DNA of 62,733 bases, the filler included, from Blastocystis sp. subtype 4 (lineage: Eukaryota), in NCBI RefSeq assembly GCF_000743755.1. It is 15 parts of 15 records of this genome, joined end to end, with 100 filler letters (N's around TTAATTAATTAA, not from the genome) between each part and the next. Parts side by side here need not be neighbours in the genome. Positions count along the whole stretch, not along the records: positions 34,170 to 37,975 come from NW_014569006.1; positions 38,076 to 41,878 come from NW_014569005.1; positions 41,979 to 46,893 come from NW_014569004.1; positions 46,994 to 51,253 come from NW_014569003.1; 11 more parts are not named here. One strand, given 5' to 3'. A program made the translations under genes and the position numbers. Positions 35,671 to 51,353 of the stretch are shown here, in pieces. The notes beneath the pieces were generated by a model. That model did not search any database, was not told where the DNA came from, and saw nothing but the letters and a program-made list of their open reading frames with translations. Within the stretch, counting starts at the first letter, position 1, and every line of letters begins with the position of its first letter.

Positions 35671-37875
35671 ATGGCTCACAGTTTTACCATTTCCTTTCCG
35701 CAGACATATGTACATGATCTGTCTTCGTCTTTTAGAATGTTGAGTCAACGAGTGGAAATGATCTCACCAAATTAATATTCTAGTTTGTTCTGGAGCCGGA
35801 TATTGATCCTTCTTTTCGGTGTACATCGTCAAGAGATTCAAGAGGGAACATTATGTCTGTTTTCGAATTGTCTGTGATTCTAGTTACTCCATTTTCCCTA
35901 AATCTATTGATCGTATGGAAACAAAGCCTGGTAGTCGCAAGTTTCCGATTATCCTTTACGATCTTCGTGAAGTAGATAATATTCGTGTATTTTTTCGCAC
36001 TGTTGATTAGAATAAGGAAGATAATGCAGAATTGAAACAAGTCAATTTGTCGACAATTGTTTCAACAACTTCTGCTTTTAGTGATGAAGATATGGACGAA
36101 CTTCCTGTTGTTGATGAAGAGGCCAAGTCTATTAGTTTATCTGAGGCCGGAAGATTACAGGTATCAAATAAGTCTATGTAGTCATTGTTTCCCTTTATAA
36201 AATAGGGCGAATAACACTGTGGCATATGATACAATAGCAACGCACTATGATGAGATTACAGATGTATCTTTTCTTCTCCCTTCTTATAGTAGGATAGTGA
36301 ACTTGGTTTTTCGATCGCCTTATTAGTGTCAGATACCACCCCTCGCGCATCAGTTCCAAAAAGCCAAGCGGAAGCTTCTATTCCTCTCATTGAATGTCAT
36401 TGTTCAAAGAATGATCTGTAGATCAATGTGGAATCTCTGGTTATGGATATCCTGAATTCACTGAATATCCCCTTGTCAAGTCGAGTTTCGTCCTCTAACA
36501 TTGTCACTATCTCTTTTAGTTGTTCATCTACTATCAGTGAGGTTGTTCTGGGGCTTCTGGAGAATATTGGTCTGGATACATGGTACGGGTCTGTTTATGT
36601 AACCAGCTGTGAGCTATACAAGAGTAGCGATGATTCACCACAGGAGGCACAGATCCGTGATGGAGTAGCATCTCGTCTGATCCTCGTGCAGGAGATGGTG
36701 GCAGTGAGTTGGCTGTATCATGAATAGATTAGTCTGATTGATGATGGTGCTACCTGTACCTTCGACTATGTGTTATTACTGATTTCAGCTGGGCTCATGG
36801 CTGCTGTCGGTCTCGGTAGCAATAGCTCTGTTGTCACAGTAGCCTCCATGTTGGTGTCTCCTCTCATGGGACCCATCCTGGGAATCGCCTTCTGTAATGT
36901 GTTGGTGCACTCTCACACTGTAGCTGCTGTGGTGCACGATCATGCACTGCTCAAGAAATCCCTTCGTTCTGAACTCATCGGAATAGCCATCTGTGTAGGA
37001 GAAGTATACTGTTCTCATCATCAGATTCTCTGTGGTCTCTTTGTTGGATTCTGTTGTACTCCTCTGGGTACCGTTTCGCACGGGAATATATGGCCAGGGT
37101 GGCCAACAGATGAAATGAAGAACCGTGGAGATGCATACAATTTAATCGTGGGTTTTTTCGTTGCGCTTCCTTCTGGAGTTGGAGTTGCTTTGGCTATTTC
37201 AGGACGCAATACTTCATCGCTGGTAGGAGTGGCAATTTCCGCCTCTTTACTCCCACCATGTGTGAATGCAGGTTTATTGTGGTAACAATTGATATTTGAG
37301 GTGATTCTTAGGGCATATGCCCTATTTGCGCCCCTGATAGGAAAGATGCCAGTTGATTACACTTCATCAGAATTGGCCTTTCAAGGAGTTATTAGCTTTT
37401 GCTTATGTTTAGTGAATATAGTGTGGGTTATATCAAGGAGTATCACTGATAGAACAATTGTGATTGTAGGAATGGTTATGTTTAAATTGAAAGAATTGGT
37501 AAAAGTGAAAGATAAGAGTGAAATTTGGTCAGAAGATATCAAATCAATTCGTCATACCTTTGATGAAGAGTATAAGAAAAGACCAATTCAGAGTAAGAAA
37601 GAGTTAACTAGTTCGAATTTGAGTAACTTTGGAACAACGAAGACAATGCCAACAGAGACAGTAGAAAATGATTAGATCATGAAGAATAGATTCGCAAGCA
37701 TTATACTCATACTCAACTTAGTAATACTCATCGACCATATTATGTAAGTAAATGAGAAGTTAATCATGTTAAGAATACAACACTTGATCAATCACTTACA
37801 GCAACATGTTCACATTCAGCAAAAATCAATTTGGAAGAGTTATTTGCTACAAAATCAGAATATCGAATGAAGTAA
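35671..37875 (+). CDS. DUF389/TIGR00341-like multi-pass membrane protein, multi-exon (5' boundary uncertain)
   Basis: AAVGLGSNSSVVTVASMLVSPLMGPILG, VALPSGVGVAL, LVGVAISASLLPP. Confidence 0.75.
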
Positions 37876-37876
37876 T

Positions 37877-37975
37877 GAAATTTGTTAAAACAAATACAGG
37901 ACTAAACGATCAGTTCTTTTTCTTCTCTTCTTTCTTTTGAAGACGATTCAATTCTTCTTTCTCTTCTTTCTCAGC
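37877..37975 (-). repeat. 99-bp inverted repeat, right copy
   Basis: Reverse complement of 34170-34268. Confidence 0.95.
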
Positions 37976-38075
37976 NNNNNNNNNNNNNNNNNNNNNNNNN
38001 NNNNNNNNNNNNNNNNNNNTTAATTAATTAANNNNNNNNNNNNNNNNNNNNNNNNNNNNNNNNNNNNNNNNNNNN

Positions 38076-38168
38076 GAGGGATTGAAGATCGTTGGAAACA
38101 GAAAGGTAGGAGAGTTTGCTGGAGGTGATGTGTAGTTCCGCAGTCATAAGAAGCCTCAGCAGCACTAA
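38076..38168 (+). CDS. 3' fragment of an unidentified gene
   Basis: EGLKIVGNRK | 30-nt GT-AG intron | FRSHKKPQQH*. Confidence 0.45.
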
Positions 38169-38291
38169 AGCACTTGTTGTGTAATTCCTCATATACTGTT
38201 ATGTTTCTTAGTCTAAATGGTTTAATAGGTTGTTGATAATAACCGCGGTATTACTTTATTTCACAAATACTGTTTCACTCTACAGATATTC

Positions 38292-41200
38292 ATGGCAGAG
38301 ACACAGAGTGATATTGTAGATGATCGTTGAACAAATTATGAGTAGGCAGCGTTCAGTGAATACAAGAAGGTGTTGGAACAACGGAGAATATTGCGAAAGG
38401 AGCTCGAAGAAGAGAATTTGAAAGAATTTCGAAGCGTGTTTTTGAACGTTTGATATGATTTCCTCCTCTCTTAGTCTAGAAAAAGAGAAAAGCTGATATC
38501 ACAAAGGCCTCCAAGTTTACAAACAAGATCCGCCAGTTTGATGTTGATCAAATTGATTCTTTGGTTACTCAGCTTGATACATTGAACCTCAATAAGTATG
38601 ATCACGAAGTAGTAGCATGGAAAATATATGATAGGTAGATTGTACTGGCCATTATGCAATACCTTTCGGAAGGCAAGAAATACAAGGATTCGGATATTCC
38701 GACGATTGCAAAGTTTTGTGTTGAATTGATTCGGCGGTATCCTACTGTTCCTGGGTTGTTAGAAGAGTCGTTTACTGAGTCATTGAAGTTTGTGGGAAGT
38801 AATAATGACAAAATGAGTGAGACTGTCAATAAATCGGTGATTCTTTTCTTTTGTGAATTGTGTCTTTGTGGTGCAGTTGTAAAAGAAAATCATGTTGGAA
38901 AGGTGATAAAAACGTTAGCGGATTATGCTAAATCGGATATTGTTAGCATATTTTAGATTCATCATCCTTAGGGAGATAATGCTCTACTGACAGATATTCT
39001 AGTATCATTTGTAAAGTTATATGGTTATGAGTATCTTGGGGTCTATCCGAGCTATCTGACAACTGGCTTAACCATTAAGCAGGAAATGGAGAATTATCCT
39101 CCTATCTTGAGTGCTGATACGCAAAGTAAGTTCCTTTCGATTATTGATGGCTTCTACAATGTGGTGTTGAAACGAGCTCAAGATCTGTGGGAGAAACTAA
39201 CGGCCAAGCTTGTTGAAGAAGCTCACATGAAGGCGATGCGTGGTACTACTCCAGAAGAACTTGTAAGTGGCATCATGGAAGGACGAGCCAAGATGAATAC
39301 TTATCGTCAAGCGTAAGAATATGAAGTGATTTTGAATTTAGATTATCTTCTCTAAGTCAGTATTTGGGTCGGAATGAACCAGTATTCGATGAAAAAGACA
39401 TCGTATTTGCAAAGGGATTTGATGTATGATTTGAGTGGAAGGATGATGAATAGTCGTTAACGGTAGTTAATCTAAATTCAAATCAGACTTATGATGGTCC
39501 TTTTGCTGATATCGAAGAACATCGGTTTTACACGGTTATTCCGAATTTGCAGGAACTAGTACCTTCCTTGTATTCTAAGAAGGAAGAAAAGCAGACACCA
39601 ACATCAGAAGAAACACCTGAGGTTGTCGTAGATGAAACAGTTGATGAAACGGTCGAAGAAACCACTGAGAATCTAGAAGAAGAGATTGAAGCAATAGAAC
39701 AGAGATTGCAATCGGTAACAGATGATGAAGAGAAGAAAGAAGAACAGCCTGAAATAACAACTCCAGAAGTAAGCCGTCTGGTGGCTGTATCTGACCTGAA
39801 ACAGTTTTCATTGGCTGAGAAAGTGAAGATTCTAATGGATCGATTGTTACAATGCTATTCAAGTGATGATGTGGATCGTTGGTGTCTCGAGTTCTGTGAC
39901 TTGAATCAAAAAATGACTCGTCATGCTCTGGTTGATGTGATTCAAGCCAATTATAGGAAACGAGATCATCAACCGTATTTTGCTCGAGTAATACGAGAGT
40001 TACAACCAGCATATGAAAAGTTGACTTCTGAAGTTGAATCTATAGTAATGGTAGATTGATAAGAATGAGACTGATTCAAAGAGTGGTTTCTATCGTAGAT
40101 TGAAGGACTTTCGAGGTCGTAATGTGGGTTATTTGCTAGAAATTGTATACTTCATCACAGAGTTAATCCGATTCAATGTATTGAAACCCAGTGTGTTCTT
40201 GTACTGCTTACGAAAACTGCAACCTATTCGCACAATTGATAGTGCTCAGGTGATGGCTGTGTTGATTGAACGATGTGGTCCAGTCTTACTATTCATTGAA
40301 CAGATACAGCCATCAGTGAACTATGAGTTGGATCATATACGAGATATTTGCAAGAATAATGTGATTGATTCTGATTCTTCAGCTATGCTAATGAATGCCT
40401 ATTTTACATGCCGACCTGATGAACGACCAAAAGTCATTCATATTGAATTGTCTCCACAACAGCGATACCTACGATATTTGCTATCAACAGAACTCAAAGA
40501 GAAAGAAACAAATGAACACTGTTATTTCATATACCAAAAGATTAGTTCATTCCCTCTTCAAGATGACACAACAATGGAAATGATTGTTCAAGAGGTCTTA
40601 CGTGTTCCTACAATATGTTTTATGCGTACTCAATCAATTGCTATGCTATCAGCAATGATAAGTCATTACATTCCACGATTTCAAATGTTCCTAATTGATG
40701 CTATATTTGAACATATTTGTATTATTCTTGATTTAATGGAGCAGGATAAGTATCAAGAAACAGTTTCATTGATGGATTTTGTAAATGAGTTATATTGCTA
40801 TCTGGTATTGACTAATGATCAACTTCTATTTGTATTGTATTTACTAATTGAATATAATCATATCGTATCGTATATCTTGTGGTTATTAACTAGGTTACAC
40901 CTGAAATTGTTGAGAAGTATTCTTTCTTACCAAAACGACCTATGGCTGTTCATCCTCTTGTTCCTGATGAAAATGATACACCATTCAATGCATTTCGATT
41001 GAAATTAGCTGTTCATCTCTTTAAGAAGTGTGGCATGTATCTTCCGAAGCATCAAGCAAAGATTTATCTTCTCTATCTTCAACGCTATTTCCTTTGTAAG
41101 ACAACAATGGATCTTGCTACTCTATATGACTATGAAACCATGTTGAAAGACTTCTCCGAGTTATGTACTCCAATCACTCAGTACTTGGAAGCAGATAATC

Positions 41201-41727
41201 GGATTGCTGGAATTGAAGCGAATATGAAAGAGTTGAAACCCCATACCTACATGCTGTCACTCTCTATTGAGGATACAGAAGAAGAGGAAGAAGAAACAGA
41301 TTCGATAGTTGGAAATGACTTACAGGAAGAACCGAAGGAATCAGAGTTGGATGAACAATTTGAGAAGAAGTATAATGAGTTGATGAAGCCAACAGCAACT
41401 CCTCTTGCGAGTCGTCGAGTGAATCTGGATAATATGATTCTGCCAATGGCCTTACAGAATCAGAAGGGAAATGGCAAGTATCTCTTATTGCAGAAACCAA
41501 AGGGTGTGAAAATGGCTGCGGTGAACGTGAATATGACAGAGGAGGAAAAGAAACGGCTAATGAGGCATGCCAAATATCAGGAGAAGGAAAAGCGAAAAAT
41601 GAAGCAAATCACTATTAAACTGAATCAGGCCCAAGAACTTGACCAAGAGTCATCCTCAGTAGAACAGATTCATAATGAACGCATTCCTGTCTGTCCACAA
41701 GCAAATGGAAGAAAGTGGAAGAAGTGA
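38292..41727 (+). CDS. UPF2: Nonsense-mediated decay factor UPF2 (MIF4G domains), multi-exon
   Basis: KASKFTNKIR..LDTLNLNKY..KDSDIPTIAKFC..RRYP; PYFARVI; ELIRFNVL; IERCG; FRLKL..CG; LYLQRYF; acidic tract and FEKKYNELM. Confidence 0.82.
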
Positions 41728-41978
41728 TGTTTATTCATTGTTTGTTGATTAGTTGAATTGGTTGAAGGTGTATTGATTATGTGATATGTATAATATAAAG
41801 ATTGTGTATGAATTCTGCCTTCACATTCCGCCGTGTTCTGTTTCGTATTTCACCAATTATCTGTGCCATTCGTCTTGTNNNNNNNNNNNNNNNNNNNNNN
41901 NNNNNNNNNNNNNNNNNNNNNNTTAATTAATTAANNNNNNNNNNNNNNNNNNNNNNNNNNNNNNNNNNNNNNNNNNNN

Positions 41979-43221
41979 CACGCGATCGTGTAGCGATTGT
42001 GGGAAGTGGAAACTGGTACAATTCATGTAATTGGGATCACGAATAGGGCGTCTGCCTTGTCAATTATTCTTGGAAAGAATGTTAAGAAGTACCGCTGCTT
42101 TGAGAACGAGATCAAGATGTGGGTATACGAAGAGATGATAGGTGAACGGAAACTGTCAGATATTATTAATGAGGAACATGAAAACGTGAAATATCCTTCA
42201 AATTGTGAACATCTGTGTTTTCCTTCACAACATGTATCTTCCTGGTTATAAACTGCCATCGAATATCATTGCTGTTCCTGATCTCCTTGAGGTTGTAAAG
42301 GATGCCAACTGTCTTGTATTCTGCATTCCTCATCAGTTCTTACCCAAAACACTTCAGCAAATCAAGCACCATGTTCTTCCGGATACTTATGCCATATCAT
42401 GCATCAAGGGTGTTGATCATGATGAGAATGGTAAGCTCCGTTTGATCACAGGAATGATTTATGATGAATTGAATGTTGACTGTTCGATTCTTTGTGGAGC
42501 AAATGTAGCGAATCAAGTGGCAGCAGGTGAATTTGCCGAAGCTACGTTAGGGTGGAGGTATCGTGTGGGAATGACGTCTAGCTATCGTGTGCGTGATCAT
42601 GCAGAGAAGCTTCAAGTGCTCTTCAACACACCTGACTTCTGTGTGACCCTGGTGAATGATCCTGTGGGTGTTGAGTTCTGTGGATCTCTGAAGAATGTGA
42701 TTGCTCTGGGTGCTGGATTTATCGATGCTCTGGGGTATGGTTCGAATACGAAGGCTGCGTTGATTCGGATCGGTTTGATGGAGATGAAGAAGTTCACTAA
42801 GATGTTCTACAAGGGAGTGAAGAATACGACCTTCTTCCAGAGTTCAGGTGTTGCTGATCTAATCACGACCTGTTGGGGAGGTCGAAATGTGAAGTGTGCT
42901 ACACTATTTGCAAAGACAGGAAAGGTAGAGGTGAGTAAGGAGAATGATGGATAGTCGTGGGAAGAGTTGGAACGAGAGGTGCTGAATGGGCAGAAATTGC
43001 AGGGAACAACAACATGTAAGGAGGTGTATAACATGCTGATCAACAGTCAGGTAGGCAAAGAGTGATTGAATGATAGATAGTTGGATTCGGAGTTCCCATT
43101 GATGGTAATGATCTATAATATCGCCTTCAGGGGATATGATCCCAAGTTTATTTTGGAGGGTTGTCGTCAGCACAATGGAGTGCTTTCTTCACCTTATGCG
43201 CTGATGTTAGAAGAGAATTAA
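41979..43221 (+). CDS. GPD1: NAD-dependent glycerol-3-phosphate dehydrogenase, 5'-partial, multi-exon, including a U12-type intron
   Basis: VAIVGSGNW, HENVKYLPG (after splicing 42191-42233), PHQF, CGSLKNVIALGAG, GVADLITTCWGGRN, LNGQKLQG; TAA at 43219-43221. Confidence 0.95.
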
Positions 43222-43250
43222 ATACTGTTTGTTTAGAATCAAAGAAATCT

Positions 43251-45797
<2,547 letters not shown>

Positions 45798-45888
45798 AAG
45801 GAAAGTTCCTTTCATGGGATTGTTTGTTGGGATTCTAAATAACACGACATGATCTTCGTGTTAAGGTAGTTGTAAACTGTCAAAACGG

Positions 45889-46760
45889 ATGAACTATTCT
45901 GCTACATTGGAAAAGTGGATTTGGAAATACATGCCCATCATAGTACAATGTGAGAATGACATCAATGAAGGGTATGGTCTCGTGGCCGTATTCTATCACT
46001 ATCGGCCAGCTGATAATAGCATGGAATTTCATTATGTATTCAAAGTAGTGAAGAACTATGGTAATGATTTGTAGGGTGAATCTGCGTACTCCAGAACAAC
46101 ATCACCACACCCAAATCGGTTTATGTCATTCTTCTATATGACATTCAACCGTCTAAAATACAAGCGTACTGCTGATGTGGATACTCTCGTCTATCATGGG
46201 GTTGACAACCCTTTAAATAAGAAGAAAAGTCTGTCAGATACATCTTCAAAGTTAGATCGGAAGCAGATGTGGACATATGTGGAGTTGATCGATTACTCCG
46301 GCGATTCTCAGTCGATGCGTCAAGGAGACAAGTTCAATTTGTTCCAGCTGTTTAGTCTCGTTTATCATCACAACGCCTATATCAACTATGAAGTTTGGGA
46401 ATTCCATCGACAACGACCTATCGTCTATCTGAATATATCCTATTGTTTTTCAATAGTTAGCAGTTAACAGTAACACGGGTAATCATCTCTTCTCGAATGT
46501 AGACAACAACCCACAGACTCCGAAGTACTATTACTATGTCCTGGATTATGTGATGGTAAGAAAGATCAGAGAGAATGATCTGTAGGAAGGAACAAGGAAA
46601 GACGCAGAACGGTTTGCTCAAACAGTGATCATTGATAGTAATAGTCATTCCTAGCTTGTTCCCAAAGCCAACTTGTTCTATAGCTTTGATCGATTTATGA
46701 AACGAAAGAGAGATGCCAGACGAATCTATCCAAGTAAAAGTGTATGTCTTAGTGACGATT
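45889..46760 (+). CDS. Hypothetical protein, multi-exon with an AT-AC intron (46435-46474); probable poly(A)-created stop
   Basis: Splicing gives PIVYLN|TGNHLFSNVDNNP; last exon ..SVCLSDD, then T46760 + CATA + TGTTTGTA. Confidence 0.6.
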
Positions 46761-46795
46761 CATATGTTTGTAACAAAGAGTAATAATATAGAGCC

Positions 46796-46893
46796 TTACA
46801 GATTCTTGTACTTCATTGTTTCAGTATCAAATCCAGGCATAGGGAATGAAGTAGCAAATTCAGCAACTTCATGAGCAAGAATAGGGATATCTT
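46796..46893 (-). CDS. SHMT: Serine hydroxymethyltransferase, 3' fragment
   Basis: DIPILAHEVAEFATSFPMPGFDTETMKYKNL*. Confidence 0.8.
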
Positions 46894-46993
46894 NNNNNNN
46901 NNNNNNNNNNNNNNNNNNNNNNNNNNNNNNNNNNNNNTTAATTAATTAANNNNNNNNNNNNNNNNNNNNNNNNNNNNNNNNNNNNNNNNNNNN

Positions 46994-47806
46994 TACCGAT
47001 AACAGGATTTCCAGAATTTGTGACTATTAGGAGAATTGCGAGAAAGAACAGCTCCACCTGAAATAAGTCCTGAAGGAAGTTCTCGATTTGAGAATGAAAT
47101 ATCAACTCCAGAAGAATTGAATCGATCAAACAGTTCTCGAACAGCCATAGAATCACAAGGAAAGACATGAGTATCGAGAATGAAATTGAGAGTGAAAGGA
47201 GGATAAGCATTGTAGAGAATTCGAGTGAACCATTGTTTCCCTTTGATATTTGGAACATCAGATTCATGAATAGGATAGAGAATGTCAATGAAAGGATAAG
47301 TGGAAGAAGGAACAGGACAATTGGTTACAATGGCGATATTTGTCTATGAATGAAATGATATTAGAGAAGTGACTGAAGGATCTCGTTGTTTGAAGTATTT
47401 AGCATTGATTTCAGCTTGTTTCATATAAGAATCTGAATTAGCGCAATGATTAGGATAATATACGTAAAAGACAATTCCAGTTTCTTTAAGAGGTTTATAC
47501 TGTTTAGGAAAGTGATGTAAAGGTCTCTTTAGTAAAACAATTCTAGATTGAATAGAAGAAAGAAGATTCATACGGTTTGTGAGTTGTTATTGTAGTATTT
47601 GGCTCTTTCTCTGTCCCATTTTGTAGTTTAGATAGGTAAGAGCGACAAAAGACGCACTGAGAAGATGTTACCGAATCGCATTCAAACAGTTTCCAATCAC
47701 TGAACATATTCTCTGAAGTATATTGCAGGAAATACGATATCCATATTGATAAAAACACGAACCAAACATGAACGACTTTCCAGAGTACTGTATTACTGCA
47801 CTTCAT
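46994..47806 (-). CDS. Type II membrane GT-A-like glycosyltransferase, 3'-partial, two introns
   Basis: N-terminal TM; spliced GIVFYVY..TNIAIVTN..QWFTRILYNAYPPFTLNFILDTHVFPC..ISGGAVL. Confidence 0.55.
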
Positions 47807-48495
47807 CAACGAAGCATACAGAACAGGAAACTAGGACAACAGAATCAAGAATACCGAAGAAGATGCATGGACTTGACAGTGTAACCACGGGGAATTCATA
47901 ATGATTCTGCTGATTCTGATTGGATACAACCGAAGAATGAACAGTATATGACCATTATTACATTCCAATCATATTTAATAGTACTAAGTTGACCAAATTA
48001 CTATTTCTACGATACATCATTTGAAGTTACTGATCATCAGTAACAAAGACGGCATCACTACTGAGAACAGTACGTATGTTAAAAGAAATAGAACAATATG
48101 GACATTCAATATGGGAATCTGATAGAGTATATCATGATTTATAGAATTGCACTAGAAACACTTAAAAGAACCACGGGAATCATTCTCATCTTCTGGAAAC
48201 CTAATCTTAGCAAAACAACATGTATTGTGTAGATTCACATAGGTTCTATTCAATGATAAGAGAATGAACTATGAAACAAAGAAATGCATGAGAAAGAACA
48301 AAACAAAAGAAACCGCGCTGTCTCACTACTTCTAGTCCAAGACCGAACAACAGTGTATCATTAATCTACGACAATAGACTCCAAGAAGACAGTATGTTGA
48401 GTAATGATTCGATAGTGATCGATGCACTTACATATCAAGGCTCCCCACACTATACTGTTTGCACCAGTTTACAATTTATCAACAGATACTATTCA

Positions 48496-50109
48496 ATGAA
48501 CACTAACGAGAAGATCCTGGAGATCCTTACGAAAATTAGCAATACTTTGGAAGAAATAAAAGCTCAAGGTGCCATGAGTGCCCCAACTCCTTCGCGTGTA
48601 CCAGCAAAGCTTCCTCCACCTCCTGCCGTACCTGCTTCAGGTGGATTCTTCGTTCTTCTCTATCATTTCATAGTTCCTTCTGCTCCCAAATCTGCAGAAA
48701 AGACTGCTCCAGCTGTTCCAAAGCAAGATATGGATTTCTACAGTGAATTTGTTGTCAAATATGTGAAGCCTGTTGTAGATGCTAGTAACACTCTCGGAGA
48801 GAAGTACGTTGTCCTCGTATGGAGTTGGGCTGTGTTTTCATCTAGGGTGAGATTATTGATACTCTGTATGGAAAACTCCTCAAGGAGATTATCGAACGTG
48901 GTGTTGCATGTAAACAACCAGATCAGAACGAACTGACGACTTTATTCACTCCTGTCAAAGAGAGCCTTTCAAAGGTCGATCTGTTGGATAAGGACCGAGA
49001 TTTCCCTCAGTTCTATGTAAAAACGATGCGTGAAATCATTAGTATCGTGAATTGGGTAAATATGGTAGAATCGGACTGATATCGTGATCTATAGCCTGAA
49101 GATCCCACTGAATTTGTGAAGCAGGCTCTGGACTCAGCCTCCTTCTGGATGAACAAGATTCGCCGTGATGCTCATGATCAGTAGAATCGTGTGTTGGCTG
49201 TTATGGGTAGTATGCTGAAAGCTCCTCAGGACTGGTGTAATCTGTTGATTGCTATGGAGAAGGCACTTATTCAGCTCATTACTGATCAGTATCCTCAAGG
49301 TTTCCGATGGAACGAAAATGGCATTCCTGTTGCTCAGTTCACATCGGAGGCAAAACCAGCTGAAGAGAAACCTGAAGAACCAGGGGAGGCACCATCACGT
49401 GCAAGCGCCATGAATAGTCTGAAAGCGGAACTGGAGAGAATGGCTGCAGCTAGGAATGCTGATGGTTCATTAAAACTGAATCACGTTGATAAGAGCCAAA
49501 TGAGTCACAAAAACCCTGCTCTGAGAGGGAATGTGAAGATGGCAGAGAAGAAGGAAACGTATTGTTTTCTGGAATTGGATAAATTGTAGTGTAAAACCCA
49601 CCAAACCGGCACGATGTGAATTAGTCCAGTCAAAGTGGATGGTGGAAAATCAAACCGAGAAAGTTGAGATAACCGCGGAAATGAATCATATTGTATATGT
49701 TGTGGGATGTATCGGAGCAACCATTATCGTTCATGAAAAGTGCAAATCAGTGATTGTGGATGGTTGTAAGAAGACAAATGTCATTTTTGATAAGTGTGTG
49801 TCGACAGTGGAGATTGTGAATTGCAAGTGAGTACAAGAATGATAAGTAATATTCAGACAATGTAAGGTCCAGTGTCTAATAGCGATGAATACAGTGGCAG
49901 TTGATAAGACTGATGGATGCACAATCTATTTCCCTAGGGGTTGTATCGATTCTGTTGAGATTCGTTCTTCGAAATGCAGTGATCTTAATGTGTCCTTCCC
50001 AAGTAAGGATGATGAACAAGAATGGGTAGAAAAACCCATTCCCGAACAATATGTCCATAAGATTGTGAATGAGGGCGTCTCAACCTCTGTTTCCGATTTA
50101 TACAATTAA
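48496..50109 (+). CDS. CAP: Adenylyl cyclase-associated protein (CAP/Srv2), multi-exon
   Basis: FWMNKI, YPQGFRWN, LNHVDKSQMSHKNPALR, KWMVENQ, VEIVNCK, VDKTDGC, SSKCSDLNV, EKPIPEQY. Confidence 0.92.
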
Positions 50110-50184
50110 TTCTGTTTGTATGAAATGCGTACAATCTGTTAGTAGAGAAAACAATCTAAGACTCGAACCAATTTCACAGACTCA

Positions 50185-50685
50185 TTACTTCTTTCCGGTT
50201 TTCTTTCCAGTCTTCTTCGTTGATTTCTTTGTGGTCTTCTCTTCCTTTTTCTGCATGGCCTTTACAGAAGCAACCTTCTTTACAATCTTCTGCTCCTCAA
50301 TCAGGAATGCACGCAGAATGCTACTCTATTAGATCCGCCCCTCTTCAATCTACCGATCACGAACACACTTATGGCACAGATTTCCACCATAAGCACGCGT
50401 CACAGAACGCTGAGGGACGCACAGTCTTCTCATATTACGTCCTGAGATGCGAGGAATCTATAAACTAAGCCACTTTCTCCAATTCATACACCAGCAAGAG
50501 GCTTCTTGCAGCAGCCGCACTTTACAGGACTCACAATCTTCTTATTGTACTGAACAACGAGTCTAGCACCTATTCCTTATCTACAACACTAATACAATAC
50601 CGGGTGTCTTCACAATATGGTATTTGTTGGAGACAGTGTTATAAGAGTGTCTGCGACGATAGGTAACACGGATGTCCGAAACCAT
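50185..50685 (-). CDS. RPL34: 60S ribosomal protein eL34, three introns
   Basis: RVTYRRRHSYNTVSNK..VKTP|G, VTRAYGGNLC, RAFLIEEQKIVKKV. Confidence 0.95.
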
Positions 50686-50891
50686 CTATAATCACAAATA
50701 AGTCATTCCATTCGTTGCTTTCCTCCTTCAAGACATATTCAAGCTATCTACTTACGGTTACAAGTCTTTCTGTATGGTAATCGAAAAAGGAGAGGTCAAA
50801 ACAACAAAACAGGTGGCAAATACTGGAATGCCAAAAAAATTCGCTATTCAGAATTTACTAAATCAAGGAATCAAGACAAGTCGATGTTGGA

Positions 50892-51253
50892 ATGACAACT
50901 TCTATAACAACGAAGCTATATAGGGTTGTTTTTCTTCTTGTTCTTATGATGATTGGTTTGAATGTCTTCCTGTATGCACTCAACAGTATCCACTGTAATG
51001 GAGTCGATGATGAAACTCAAACCAATCCGTTTAGGAAACCATTTGTCGTGAAATCGTTGGTTACTGTCCCGTTGCATTTCTCTTCTGAAGATTCATTGTA
51101 TATGTCTGTTTCAGTTCAGCAAAATGGGACAGAGAAAGAGCCAAATACTACAACAACAACTCACAAACCGTATGAATCTTCTTTCTTCTATTCAATCTAG
51201 AATTGTTTTACTAAAGAGACCTTTACATCACTTTCCTAAACAGTATAAACCTC
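50892..51253 (+). CDS. 5' fragment of a glycosyltransferase-like paralogue of 46994-47806 with a different N-terminus
   Basis: TM VVFLLVLMMIGLNVFLYAL; 51120-51253 equals the reverse complement of 47490-47623 with one mismatch. Confidence 0.7.
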
Positions 51254-51353
51254 NNNNNNNNNNNNNNNNNNNNNNNNNNNNNNNNNNNNNNNNNNNNTTA
51301 ATTAATTAANNNNNNNNNNNNNNNNNNNNNNNNNNNNNNNNNNNNNNNNNNNN

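Noticed and set aside
34170..37975. Contig with terminal inverted repeats as a DNA transposon or linear element
   Set aside because: The repeats are the coding 3' end of a gene, match the likely assembler overlap length, and enclose intron-containing cellular genes with no transposase.
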